Shown: one piece after another, positions 52,421 through 62,472 of the stretch
Numbering within the stretch: the stretch's first letter is position 1
How the letters are laid out: the number at the start of each line of letters is the position of its first letter
Assembly: GCA_963745035.1 (NCBI GenBank)
Contig: CAVUVW010000014.1
Coordinates: 128,001 to 192,000 of the forward strand
Source of the DNA: an uncultured delta proteobacterium
GTDB taxonomy: Bacteria > Desulfobacterota > Binatia > UBA9968
DNA length: 64,000 nt
Direction of reading: 5' to 3'
The notes under the pieces: generated by a model
Told to the model about the DNA's origin: nothing
The model's input: the letters and a program-made list of their open reading frames with translations, nothing else
Databases searched by the model: none
Made by a program: the position numbers and the translations under genes

Positions 52421-53599
52421 ATGGCCGCAACCATCGACCTGAACACAACCCGCATCGATCACATCGGCAGCCTGGTGCGCCCGGCGAGTCTCAGAGACTC
52501 CTTCGCGCGCCACGACCGCGGACAAATGTCGCGAGAAGATTTTGTGAAGGCGCAGGATGACGCAATCCGCGACGTGATCCGGCAACAGGAAGCGCATGGC
52601 CTTCCCGTCGTGACCGACGGTGAGTTTCGCCGGCACAACTTTCAGGAAAGCTTTTCGCAGTGCGTTACCGGCTTCGACGTGCCCAAGAACATTTCCCTCT
52701 ACTATGAGAAGCGCGATCTCAACGAAAATCCCCTGGAGCGGGCAGAGCAGAACTTTGACGAAGCCGGACCGGCGATCGTCACGCGCCGCGGAACGACGGA
52801 GCGCCTGAGACTGATCCGCAATCTCCCGCTCGAGGAATTTCGCTATGCGCAGAGCGTCGCTAAAGTGCCTGCCAAGATGACGGTGCTCGGTCCCGACCGC
52901 GTCGCCCAGCGTTTTAGATGGGAATCGTCCCTCGGAGTGTACAAGGGTCTCGACGACTTCGTCGATCACGTCGTGGAAATCGAGCGGCAGATCATTGGGG
53001 AGCTAGTCAACGCCGGCTGCAAGTACATTCAAATCGATGCGCCGGGCTACACCGCTTACGTCGATAAGATTTCATTGGAGAGAATGCGTTCCCGCGGCGA
53101 AGATCCGGAAAGAAACTTCCAGCGCTCCATCGATGCCGACAATGCGCTCATTGAAGGTTTTCCTGGCGTGACCTTCGGCATCCACATCTGTCGCGGCAAT
53201 GCCCGCACCATCGACCCCAAAACCGGCAAGCTCGTGCCGCAATGGCATCGCGAAGGCTCCTACGACGCCATCGCCGAAAAACTGTTCAACACGCTCAAAC
53301 ACCAACGGATCCTCCTGGAATACGACAGCGACCGTGCCGGCGGCTTCGAGCCGCTGCGCCTCGTGCCCAAAGACAAACTCATCGTCCTTGGCTTGGTCTC
53401 GACCAAGAATTCCGACATGGAAACCGTGGACGAGTTGAAGAGAAGAATCGATCAGGCGAGTAAATTTGTGCCGTTGGACCAGCTCGCCTTGAGCCCTCAA
53501 TGCGGCTTTGGCGGCATCGATTCAAAGGTTCTCAGCGAAGACGAGATGTGGAAAAAGCTGGATACGATTGTGGAGACCGCGAAGCAGATCTGGCGCTGA
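52421..53599 (+). CDS. cobalamin-independent methionine synthase II family protein (single domain)
   Basis: DHIGSL, TDGEFRR, IQIDAP, HICRGN, LEYD, LSPQCGF. Confidence 0.88.
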   Translation: MAATIDLNTTRIDHIGSLVRPASLRDSFARHDRGQMSREDFVKAQDDAIRDVIRQQEAHGLPVVTDGEFRRHNFQESFSQCVTGFDVPKNISLYYEKRDLNENPLERAEQNFDEAGPAIVTRRGTTERLRLIRNLPLEEFRYAQSVAKVPAKMTVLGPDRVAQRFRWESSLGVYKGLDDFVDHVVEIERQIIGELVNAGCKYIQIDAPGYTAYVDKISLERMRSRGEDPERNFQRSIDADNALIEGFPGVTFGIHICRGNARTIDPKTGKLVPQWHREGSYDAIAEKLFNTLKHQRILLEYDSDRAGGFEPLRLVPKDKLIVLGLVSTKNSDMETVDELKRRIDQASKFVPLDQLALSPQCGFGGIDSKVLSEDEMWKKLDTIVETAKQIWR

Positions 53600-53646
53600 T
53601 CGCGAGTTTTGTCATTTACTTCGAGGGAATTCTGAGCGGAAGCTTC

Positions 53647-53925
53647 TCAGCTATCCTGCCTCGCTGCACTTAACCACTCTTCATGCACGTCGACCCAGAT
53701 CGTGTCCTGATCGTGGCAGGTTGAAACCTCGCTCAAATCGAATTTAACCGTGTAGAGCGGCTTGTGGATGCCGCGGTGGTCGCGGACGTTTTCCAGAATG
53801 CCGTGAACCGAACCGATGACGCCGCGTTTGCCGCGGATGTATTTCGGCGTACGCGGATTGCCTGTGGGATTTTCGACGGCGACCATGACTGCGTCGCCGA
53901 TTTTGTATTTGCTGTTGGAGTCCAT
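53647..53925 (-). CDS. nitrile hydratase beta C-terminal SH3-like domain protein (ScnA-like)
   Basis: YKIGDAV, PRTPKYIRGKRGVI, PLYTVKF, VDVHEEWL. Confidence 0.85.
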   Translation of the reverse strand: MDSNSKYKIGDAVMVAVENPTGNPRTPKYIRGKRGVIGSVHGILENVRDHRGIHKPLYTVKFDLSEVSTCHDQDTIWVDVHEEWLSAARQDS

Positions 53926-53934
53926 AGCGGTTTC

Positions 53935-55009
53935 TCAATCGGGCCGGACTCTCGGGCGCCTCCGGCGTCGCTCCGGATTTTTCGGCTTCTCGCTGCTGCC
54001 TAGGTTCCAGCGCATAGCCTGCCCCTAACAAACTGTCGACGGTGACGAGCTTGGCTAACTCTTCTTCCGACATTCCCTCCGTACCAGCCGGGCGTTGCGG
54101 CAAAACAAAATAGCGCACGTCGGACGTGCTGTCCCAGACTTGGACTTCTTTATTGGCGGGCAGCTCCAACTGAAACATTTCTTTGGCGCACGCGCGCGGG
54201 TTCTGCACGATCTTAGTTCGGTAGCTTTCGTGTTTGTACCACCACGGCGTGTCGCCGAGGATGTCGTAGGGGTAGCAGGAGCAGAGCGTGCACACGATCA
54301 GGTTGTGGGTCTTGTCGGTATTCTCCACGACGACGAGTTTGCCGACTTTGCCCTGGTGCACGCCCATTTCTCTCAGCGCTTCCCTGCCCGTAGTCAAAAG
54401 TGCGTTTTTGAACTCCGGATCGGTCCACGCTTTGGCGACGATCACGCCGCCGGCCCAGGGGCGTTCTTCATGAAGCTGCTTCCAACGCTGCTCCAAATCC
54501 TCCCGCGTGGCCCAGCCGCGCTTGATCAGCGCCTGGACGAAGACCTCGAGCAGTTCCTGGTAATCCGAGAGATCTTGCTCCAGATTCACCATGCGCTCTT
54601 GCAGCGTGCCGTGGTGTTCTTTTTTTTTGATTTTGAAAAAGTCGTCGTAGTCGCCGCGTTCTTTACGATTGTCCTCTGTCACCATGTCCATCCCTTCGAC
54701 CGTGCGCGCGGAAACCAGAGCGATGCCTTTTACGTATTCATCGAGCCATTCTTCGAGATAGCGCACGCGCGCCTCGACATTCTTGCCTTGCGGCTTCGCG
54801 AGCTTAAAAAAATGGTCTTTCTTCTTGAGCGCCGCGCGAACCTTGAGCAGGTCATAGAACGTCACCACGCCACGGCGCAGCAGATAAATGATGCGCGGCT
54901 CGAAGCGCTTGGCCCGGTAATACTCCAAGTCTTCCTCGACGGCTTTGACGTGCGCTTCGTAGTCGTGCATGTGGCCTTCGAAGGGCTTGTGGCCGTGTTT
55001 TCCCGACAT
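53935..55009 (-). CDS. Co-type nitrile hydratase alpha / thiocyanate hydrolase gamma-like protein with long N-terminal extension
   Basis: VAKAWTDPEFK, VCTLCSCYP, PWWYK, VWDSTSDVRYFVLPQRP; probable true stop at 53935 after a +1 error (ORF track runs to 53744). Confidence 0.88.
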
Positions 55010-55025
55010 GATATTTCCCCCGAAT

Positions 55026-56735
55026 TCAGTGCGTCTCGAATATCTCTTGATACTCTTTCAGCTTCGTCTTCGTCGCTGCCGTTTCCGCCGCTGTCGGATT
55101 GGCTGGGTCAACAGCGGGCGGCAGGCAGCCGAGTTTCATCAAACATGCCATCAGTAAGAGCCGCGCCTTGGTGGCGGTCAAGTTGCTGCCGGCGATCGCT
55201 AGTGGATCGCGGGTCGGATCAACAAATCCACCAGCATTGCCGCGCCCGACCTTGACGACCGGCATGCCGCTGAAGATCGCGCGCTTGAGCGCGGCGTCGA
55301 CCGAATTGCTCATGGCGCCGAACGGCGCCGATCCCTCGGCGATAAATCCCGCCAAGCGCGCGGATTCGAGATTTTTTTCGATCCGCGCCAGGATATCGAC
55401 TTCGCTCCGCGCGTCTCCCGAAGTATCTTCCGGCAAATAGCGCGCGTGCTTGACGATCGTCACATTTGGAATCGCGCCTGGCAGCAGATCCCCTCGATCA
55501 TCCCGAATAGCGACGGTGACCGTTCCGATCTTTGAACCTTGAGCTCTTGAACCTTGAACCGCGCTTGGGAGTTGGGTCAGATTCACCGCCGAATTATGGG
55601 TGTGCCGCTTGACCGGCTTGAAGGAAAACTGCGGCGCGCCGGGATGACCGATCCGGCCGATGATGCCGCCGTGGCCGCCGGTGGCGACATAGCCGCCGGG
55701 CCGCGCGTCGGCTTTCTGGACGTCGCGCGAGGTAAAAATCTGCTCGTCGAGAATCGCCACCGCTCCGATGCAGTCATTGCCGCTTTCATCGGCCCAGATC
55801 CGCGAAGTAATGTAATCGACGGAATCGACGATGTTGCGGTCACCGTCGTTGGCGATAGCGCCGTGCGGACGTTGGGAGGAATTGCCCGCAATCGGCAGGG
55901 TCGTGTCGATCAGCAGATTGAGCCAGTAGGTCGTCTCTTCAACGAAAGGACTTCCTTCGAGCCAGATTGCGCCCAAATACTTGCCGCTCGCCAGCGCGCG
56001 CTGCACTACGTTCGTTACCTGCGCCAGCGCCGCCATCGGCGGCTCTTTGCGCAAGTAACTCGGGCGGTACGGGAAAAAATCGACGCCGCGAGTCTCCGGC
56101 GCGATGTCGCCAGCGCCGATATCGGTGCGCTCGGCGGCGCTTCGTCCCTTTGCGTAGCCGCCCGACGGCAACGCGCGATAGAAGTCGAACTCGGCTTTCG
56201 CCGTCAGCAAACAGCCCACGCCCTGGTTGGAAATTCCCAGGCGATCGATTTCTTCGAAGAGTCTCGAGCCGTCGGGAAAAAACGACACGCGGCAGAGCTC
56301 ACTCGAAGCGTTCTTCTCCGTGCCGTCCATTTCCCACGCCTGGCCACCGGCCTGGCGCGCCATGTACGGCAGCGGGTAAAGACCGTCCTCGGGGCGCAGG
56401 AGCACTTCGTAGACCGGCTTATCGCCCGGACCGGTGCGCTCCTTATGAAACGCGCCGGCGGCGTCGAGATAACCGTCCGGCGGCGCGTACAGTTCGGCGA
56501 AATCGCGTTCGAGCGGGTGCGCGCTGAACTGCTCGATGTAGACTGTGACCGGCGCCGCCAGGCGCTGCGGGCGCAGAACGTCGAAGCGCATGGCCGAGCC
56601 GTCGGCATGGGTGCGCGGCGGCAAGCCGTGCTGCTCGCGCGCCTTGTTGCTCGTGACCAGCGGTTCGGTATTTTGAATGGTCGCGGTCGGTCCGGAAAAA
56701 ACCGCGATGCGGGGTTTGTCGTTTGTCGCTGCCAT
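55026..56735 (-). CDS. asparaginase-domain protein (atypical)
   Basis: GPTATIQN, EGSPFVEETTYWL, SQRP, DGDRNI, RDVQK, GSNLTATKARLLLM. Confidence 0.75.
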   Translation of the reverse strand: MAATNDKPRIAVFSGPTATIQNTEPLVTSNKAREQHGLPPRTHADGSAMRFDVLRPQRLAAPVTVYIEQFSAHPLERDFAELYAPPDGYLDAAGAFHKERTGPGDKPVYEVLLRPEDGLYPLPYMARQAGGQAWEMDGTEKNASSELCRVSFFPDGSRLFEEIDRLGISNQGVGCLLTAKAEFDFYRALPSGGYAKGRSAAERTDIGAGDIAPETRGVDFFPYRPSYLRKEPPMAALAQVTNVVQRALASGKYLGAIWLEGSPFVEETTYWLNLLIDTTLPIAGNSSQRPHGAIANDGDRNIVDSVDYITSRIWADESGNDCIGAVAILDEQIFTSRDVQKADARPGGYVATGGHGGIIGRIGHPGAPQFSFKPVKRHTHNSAVNLTQLPSAVQGSRAQGSKIGTVTVAIRDDRGDLLPGAIPNVTIVKHARYLPEDTSGDARSEVDILARIEKNLESARLAGFIAEGSAPFGAMSNSVDAALKRAIFSGMPVVKVGRGNAGGFVDPTRDPLAIAGSNLTATKARLLLMACLMKLGCLPPAVDPANPTAAETAATKTKLKEYQEIFETH

Positions 56736-56760
56736 GGAATCTCTCGATCAATCAAAAGCG

Positions 56761-56789
56761 GTAGAGGCGGGTTTGGAACCCGCCCCTAC
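56761..56789. repeat. GTAG-type REP-like palindrome
   Basis: GTAGAGGCGGGTT-TGG-AACCCGCCCCTAC, intergenic. Confidence 0.7.
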
Positions 56790-56811
56790 GATCCTCCGCA
56801 TTTATCGTGAC

Positions 56812-57397
56812 CTATCTCAGTTCGTAAGGAAGCTGCTTCGGACCGTAACCCTGCCAGTATTTATTTGTCGATGCATCGTAACGCCCTTGCAGAAAACCGC
56901 CAGCTTTTTCCGCGCGCACGATGATCGCCACCGTGCGTTCGGTCGCCGCTTTCCTCGGCGTGGATTTCATAAGGCGGAACGAGGTCGATCTTGCCCGCCC
57001 CGACTTGCACGTTCACGGTCTTGCGGATCTCGGCGTAATCCGGCTTGGAGCCGTCATCCGTGCGCTCGTAGCGCTCGATGGTCTCGCTACCGTCGAGCAC
57101 GCCATAGAGCGTCCAGTTGTGCGCATGATCGTGGATTTGGGTACGAGTCTTCGGCGCTTTAATCAGTCCGTTGATGACGAACTTGTAGTCGGGATCTTCG
57201 TAGAAGAGCAGGTTCTCCGCACGCTCGCTCCCCTGGGAGCAGTCGGGCCAGCTCTTCGATTGTTCCTTGATCGAGGGATCGGCCAGCAATTCTTGCAATA
57301 AGGGCGGCATCTTCGCCCAGCGCTGTGCGGCATCGGCTTCAGCGGCAAAAAGAGCGCGTGTGGAATCGATAAACTTTTGCACGGCGGATTGAGCCAT
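56812..57397 (-). CDS. cupin, cysteine/thiol dioxygenase-like (frameshift near 56945)
   Basis: LFYEDPDY, TQIHDHAHNWTLYGVLDGSE...YERTDDG, EIHAE; alternate frame ends QGYGPKQLPYELR*. Confidence 0.75.
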
Positions 57398-57644
57398 AAG
57401 GTCCTCCTTGCGGCAATCTTCTAAGATTGAACTAGATCATTATTATTCTCTCGGCGCGCCGGTCGTCAAGCACATGCGACAGTGGTTGCTAGCGCTGTTC
57501 GGTGTGAGTATGTCGGTCAGCTTGACATATCCGCCAACCCTGGACTAATGGTCCCCTAGCGAGCGCTTTCGCCATGAATTATTAGCCTCGGTTAGCGTAA
57601 CCTGACAGCAAATAGATACGACCGGTTATCAAGGAGATGGTCTC

Positions 57645-58688
57645 ATGAGAAGAACTATTTTTGCGATCATGTTCCTGTTCGGCTTCGCGGTCGTCGCCCG
57701 CGCCGCGCAGGAAAGTTCGCAGGATTTTTTCAAAGGCCAATCGATCCGGCTGCTGGTCGGCAACTCCGCCGGCGGAGCGATGGACGATTGGGCGCGGTTT
57801 GTCGCGCTCCATTTGGGAAAGCACATTCCGGGAAATCCCGATGTCGTGGTGCAGAATATGCCGGGTGCAGGCGGGATCACGGCGGCAAACTACCTTTTCA
57901 ATATCGCCAAGCCCGATGGATTGACCCTGGGAATCGTCAATCCAGCGCTCTATAGCGATCAGCTCATCGGATCCAAAGAAGTAAAATTTGATTGGCCGAA
58001 ATTCGCCTGGATCGGCTCCCCGGAAAGAATCGATCAGGTCTTGTTCATACGGACAGATTTTCCGTCCAAGAACTTGGAGGAGATGCGCACTGCCGCGGAG
58101 CCGGCGAGATGCGGGGCTACGGCGCGCGCGGGTTTGGCCTATTTCCTGCCTAAGCTTCTTGAGGAAGGGCTCGGGCTCAAGATCAACATGGTGCTGGGTT
58201 ACGGCGGCGGCGGCGAAATGAATTTGGCGATGGAGAAGGGAGAAATACATTGCCGCGCCGGCACTGTTTCGGCATATGTGGGCCGCGAACCGACGCGGAC
58301 CTGGATCAAGAAAGGATTTGTTCGGGCGCTGGTTCAAAGCGGAGCGAAGCGATTTCCGAAATTGCCCGATGTTCCGACTTTCTATGAGGTGATGGAAACG
58401 AACAAGACGCCCGATGCAACCAAGCGGCTGGCGCGCGTGCTGCTCTCCTCAGGCGACCTCGGCAGGCCCATCATCGGTCCCCCCGCGATGCCTGCAACCA
58501 GGGTGAAGATTCTGCGCGATGCCTTCACCAAGGCGATGAACGATCCGGCGCTGATCGCGGATGCACAGAAGCGGAAATGGGATCTCGACGCGACCGACGG
58601 CGCGGAGCTCGAAGCGACAGCGAAGGAAATCATGGTGCAGCCGCCCGAAGTAATCGAGCGCATGAAAAAGCTGCTGCTGGAAAAATAG
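57645..58688 (+). CDS. tripartite tricarboxylate transporter substrate-binding protein (Bug/TctC)
   Basis: FFKGQSIRLLVG..AGG, HIPGNP, NMPGAGG, AKPDGLT. Confidence 0.9.
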   Translation: MRRTIFAIMFLFGFAVVARAAQESSQDFFKGQSIRLLVGNSAGGAMDDWARFVALHLGKHIPGNPDVVVQNMPGAGGITAANYLFNIAKPDGLTLGIVNPALYSDQLIGSKEVKFDWPKFAWIGSPERIDQVLFIRTDFPSKNLEEMRTAAEPARCGATARAGLAYFLPKLLEEGLGLKINMVLGYGGGGEMNLAMEKGEIHCRAGTVSAYVGREPTRTWIKKGFVRALVQSGAKRFPKLPDVPTFYEVMETNKTPDATKRLARVLLSSGDLGRPIIGPPAMPATRVKILRDAFTKAMNDPALIADAQKRKWDLDATDGAELEATAKEIMVQPPEVIERMKKLLLEK

Positions 58689-58737
58689 CGCGCAAAAAAG
58701 AGTTCGATCGCACCCGCCACGTAGGGCTGCGATCGGC

Positions 58738-59988
58738 TCAGAGCTGTTCCTTGACGGGAAAAGCGAATAATTCCCACATTCGCTCGAAGATACTCCGGTC
58801 CTGCCAGTCCTCGTAGGTGATCCTCTTCGAATGCTTTAGATCTTCGCGAAAAATCTCTTCCAGGCGCCGCGTGAGGCCGCCGTCGTAGACCGTGAGATTC
58901 AGCTCCTGATTCAAGGCAAAAGATCGATTGTCGAAATTCGTGCTGCCGATGGTGCCCCAAATGCCGTCGATGACCATCGTTTTGGCGTGCATCAGCGCCG
59001 CCTGGTATTCGTAAATCTCCACCCCACCGAGCAGCAACTCTCCGTAATGGCTGCGGCTGGCAACGTAGGTAAGCCGGCTGTCGATTTTGCCGGGCGCCAG
59101 CACGACCACGCGCACGCCGCGCGCGACCGCTTTCAGGAGCGCCTCGGTCATGACCGCGTCCGGAATGAAATAGGGATTTGTGATCAGAATCGAATTTCGC
59201 GCCGAGTTGATCGACAGCAAAAAGAGCATGTAATTTTGAAAGCTGCCGCCGGCGGGCGAGCTGCTGACGATCTGGGCCGGCAGCTTGCCGAGCGATTCTA
59301 GGCGCGGAAAATAGCCCTCGCCGCCGATGGCGATGGCGGTGGTTTCGAGCCAACTCTCTGCAAAGGATGCTTGCAGAAATTTCACGGCCGGCCCCTCGAT
59401 GCGCGCGTTGGTTTCGCGCCAGTGTTTATCCGTGCGCCCGTCCCCTTGCCATGTGTCGGCTATGCCATATCCTCCGGTGAATCCCACCCGTCCATCGATC
59501 ACCAGAATGCGCCGATGGTTGCGGTAATTGTAGCGCAGCAATTTCCACGGGAACAGGATGGCCGGCGCTTCCACCCGGCGAAAAAATTCCACGTGACAGC
59601 CGGCATCTGTCATCATATCGATGATTTCTTTGGGCGTTTTGCCGGAGCCGTGGCTGTCGAGCAGAATATTCGCCTGGACCCCGGCGCGGCAGCGCTCGGC
59701 GAACGCCTCGGCGAACTGTCGCGCAAGCTCGCCGCCCTCAAAAAGGTACTGGGCGAAAGTGATCGTGGACTTGGCTGCCTTTATATCGCGCAGCATGATG
59801 GCGAATGTATCGCCGTTGAGTAAGACCTCGATGCGGTTCCCGCCAACGATCGGCGCGTCCGTGTGCGCCTCGATGGTTGGAAAAAAAGCCGCTTCACCCA
59901 GCGTGATCGGTGGGATTTGCTGAACGGAAATGACCTTGGCGCAACCGGCGAGAAAAAAGACGATGAATAACCAACTCAGTCTTTTCAT
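58738..59988 (-). CDS. cls: cardiolipin synthase-like phospholipase D
   Basis: RNHRRILVIDG..GFTGG and MHAKTMVIDG...GSTNFDNRS (first HKD motif reads HxR); lipobox LAGC. Confidence 0.85.
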   Translation of the reverse strand: MKRLSWLFIVFFLAGCAKVISVQQIPPITLGEAAFFPTIEAHTDAPIVGGNRIEVLLNGDTFAIMLRDIKAAKSTITFAQYLFEGGELARQFAEAFAERCRAGVQANILLDSHGSGKTPKEIIDMMTDAGCHVEFFRRVEAPAILFPWKLLRYNYRNHRRILVIDGRVGFTGGYGIADTWQGDGRTDKHWRETNARIEGPAVKFLQASFAESWLETTAIAIGGEGYFPRLESLGKLPAQIVSSSPAGGSFQNYMLFLLSINSARNSILITNPYFIPDAVMTEALLKAVARGVRVVVLAPGKIDSRLTYVASRSHYGELLLGGVEIYEYQAALMHAKTMVIDGIWGTIGSTNFDNRSFALNQELNLTVYDGGLTRRLEEIFREDLKHSKRITYEDWQDRSIFERMWELFAFPVKEQL

Positions 59989-60337
59989 GATCTAGGATGT
60001 CGGAAAGAACAAATCACCAGGGCAAATGATCATGTCTTTCATGCTGAAAGAAATGGGAACGCGGTGGATTTTATGTAGCCGGGATATTGTCTCTTCATAG
60101 GCTGGATATTGAAAGTGTCACGATACAAGTGGAAGCAACTGACCTATCGACTACCGTCCTTTCCGACGGGGCTGAACTGGAGGCGAAACCCGTCGAGTGC
60201 AACTAAAGGCTAGCACTATTCCAGGGTGGAACAAGATGTTTTCGGAAGAGCCATCGTTACCCGTTGATAAAATTTCCTTTTTTTGGGCAAGTGTGGGAAA
60301 AACAAGACTGTTCCAGACGAGGTCAGCTGTCACCAAT

Positions 60338-61321
60338 ATGCCCACGCAGAAGATACTCTTGACGCGATCCCTTCTAATAATTCTCATACCCGTATTCTCG
60401 GTGTTTGTTGATCTAGGCAATAGTCCGGCGCAAGGCAAGAAATTGACGGTCGGCTATTCCACCGTCGGACCGGCGGGAACCGGGCTCTGGATGGCCAAGG
60501 AGACCGGCGCCTTCGAAAAGTACGGCATCGGCGCCGATCTCATTTTCATCTCATCCGGTCCCGTCGTCGTGCAGGCGCTCCTCGGCGGCGATCTGCAAGC
60601 CGGGTTGGCGGCAACCAACTCGGTGATTGCTGCCATCACCGGCGGCGCCTCGCTCGTTTCGGTAATGAGCCTGGTGAACCGTCCCTATTACCGTTTGTGG
60701 GTGCAGCCGGAGATCACGCGCATCGAGGATTTAGCCGGTAAGACCTTAGGCGTTTCCCGCTTCGGATCGGTCACGGACAATCTTACGCGCATGCTTCTGC
60801 GCAGGTACAGGCTCGAGAACGCGGTTACCGTGCGCCAGCTCGGCGGCACGACCGAGATGGCGGCCGCTTTTCAGCGCCGGCAAATCGCGGGTGCGGTGAT
60901 CTCGGCGCTGCGGGTCAATGCGCCGATGCGCATGCTGGTCGATTTGAACGATCTGGATATCCGCTATTCGAATGTCGTCATCGTGTTGTCGCGCGAATAT
61001 CATCGGCGTGCGCCGGACACGGTCGAAGCGATGGTGCGCGGTTATCTGGAAGGCGTGGCGGCGGCGTACCATCAAAAGGACCGAGCGCTCAAGGTCATTC
61101 AGAAATACACCCGGCTCAAAGAGCCCAAGCTGATCGAGGAACTTTACGCCGATGCCGTCAGGTTTCTCGACCGAGCACCGCGCGTGGAAGCCGAGGCCAT
61201 TGCGCCGATCGTTGAGTTCATGGAAAAAAAGCCGATCGCTGTGGAGACGATTGCAGATAACTCCATAATCGACCGGCTCGTGCGGGAGGGTTTCGTCGAG
61301 CGGCTTTACGCCAAGCGCTGA
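60338..61321 (+). CDS. ABC substrate-binding protein, NMT1/SsuA-like
   Basis: LWMAKETGAFEKYG, QALLGGD, DLAGKTLGVSRFGS. Confidence 0.87.
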   Translation: MPTQKILLTRSLLIILIPVFSVFVDLGNSPAQGKKLTVGYSTVGPAGTGLWMAKETGAFEKYGIGADLIFISSGPVVVQALLGGDLQAGLAATNSVIAAITGGASLVSVMSLVNRPYYRLWVQPEITRIEDLAGKTLGVSRFGSVTDNLTRMLLRRYRLENAVTVRQLGGTTEMAAAFQRRQIAGAVISALRVNAPMRMLVDLNDLDIRYSNVVIVLSREYHRRAPDTVEAMVRGYLEGVAAAYHQKDRALKVIQKYTRLKEPKLIEELYADAVRFLDRAPRVEAEAIAPIVEFMEKKPIAVETIADNSIIDRLVREGFVERLYAKR

Positions 61322-61371
61322 TGTTGAACTTCAGCGAAATGGCGAATTACGAAAAAGCAAAGGAGATTGGA

Positions 61372-62406
61372 ATGATTTATACATCAAAGCAGTGGGTGGC
61401 TGCGGCCGCGACAGTCGCCATACTCCTCGGTTTCGCCCTCAGCGCGCCCGCCCAAGACATCTACAAAGACAAAACGCTTACGTTTATCGTCGGCTATTCT
61501 CCTGGCGGCACCTACGATCAGTATACGCGGATGATCGCCCGCAACATAAGTAAATATCTCCCCGGAAATCCCAGCCGCATCGTCGAGAACATGCCCGGCG
61601 CCGGGGGTATCATCACGGCCAACCATCTCTACAATCGCGTGAAACCGGACGGCTTAACCATCGCCGCCTGGGCGTCTCCGCTGATCTTGCAGCACGTCAT
61701 GGGCAACGACGCGATCAAGATCGACGGCAGAAAAGTCGGGTGGGTCGGCATCCCCGGACCGTACGACACCGCCTGCCACTTCAACGCGCAGAGTGGCATC
61801 AAGACCGTCGATGATTGGTTTGCCGCCAAGCGGCCGATGAAGATCGGCTCCATCGGTCCCGGCACGAGTCTCTCCGACGTGCCGAAGCTGCTCAAAGCGG
61901 CGCTCAACCTGCCGCTCGAAATGGTCGAAGGCTACAAAGGGGGCGCCGAGGCGCGCCTCGCCGTCGAAAGCGGCGAGGTCGATGGACTCTGCGCATCATG
62001 GCAGGCGACAAAGGTGACCTGGCGCAGCCAGATGGACGCGGGGAAAATCCGCGTGGTGCTGCAGGCGACTCTCAAGTCGCATCCGGATTTAAAACAGGTG
62101 CCGCTGGCGTTCAAGTACGCCAAAACTGAAGAAGCACGCACTTTGCTGCGCGTCGCCGACAACGTGCATGTTTACCAGTTTCCCTATTCTGTTCCTCCCG
62201 GCACGGCGCCGGACCGTCTGAAAACGCTTCAAGACGCATTCGTCAAAACCTTACGTGACCGAGATCTCTTGGCGGAAGCCAAGAAAGCCGATTTGGAAGT
62301 CGCGCCCATCGACGGCGTGACAACGGCGAAAACCTTTGCGGGTTTGTACGAGCTTAGCCCGACGCTCATCGCGCAGCTGAAAGAGATTCTGATTCCGAAG
62401 CGATAG
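61372..62406 (+). CDS. Bug/TctC family substrate-binding protein
   Basis: YKDKTLTFIVGYSPGGTYD, NMPGAGG, KPDGLT. Confidence 0.9.
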   Translation: MIYTSKQWVAAAATVAILLGFALSAPAQDIYKDKTLTFIVGYSPGGTYDQYTRMIARNISKYLPGNPSRIVENMPGAGGIITANHLYNRVKPDGLTIAAWASPLILQHVMGNDAIKIDGRKVGWVGIPGPYDTACHFNAQSGIKTVDDWFAAKRPMKIGSIGPGTSLSDVPKLLKAALNLPLEMVEGYKGGAEARLAVESGEVDGLCASWQATKVTWRSQMDAGKIRVVLQATLKSHPDLKQVPLAFKYAKTEEARTLLRVADNVHVYQFPYSVPPGTAPDRLKTLQDAFVKTLRDRDLLAEAKKADLEVAPIDGVTTAKTFAGLYELSPTLIAQLKEILIPKR

Positions 62407-62472
62407 AGGGGCGTTGAACCGGTTCAAATCGTTCAAGACGCCGGATCAAATGAACGCTGGAGAGTCTTTAAG

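Noticed and set aside
53744-53934. Read-through fusion of NHase alpha with the SH3 domain
   Set aside because: The extended tail is out of frame with the SH3 gene; a single extra base near 53955 explains it, and the SH3 gene has its own ATG.
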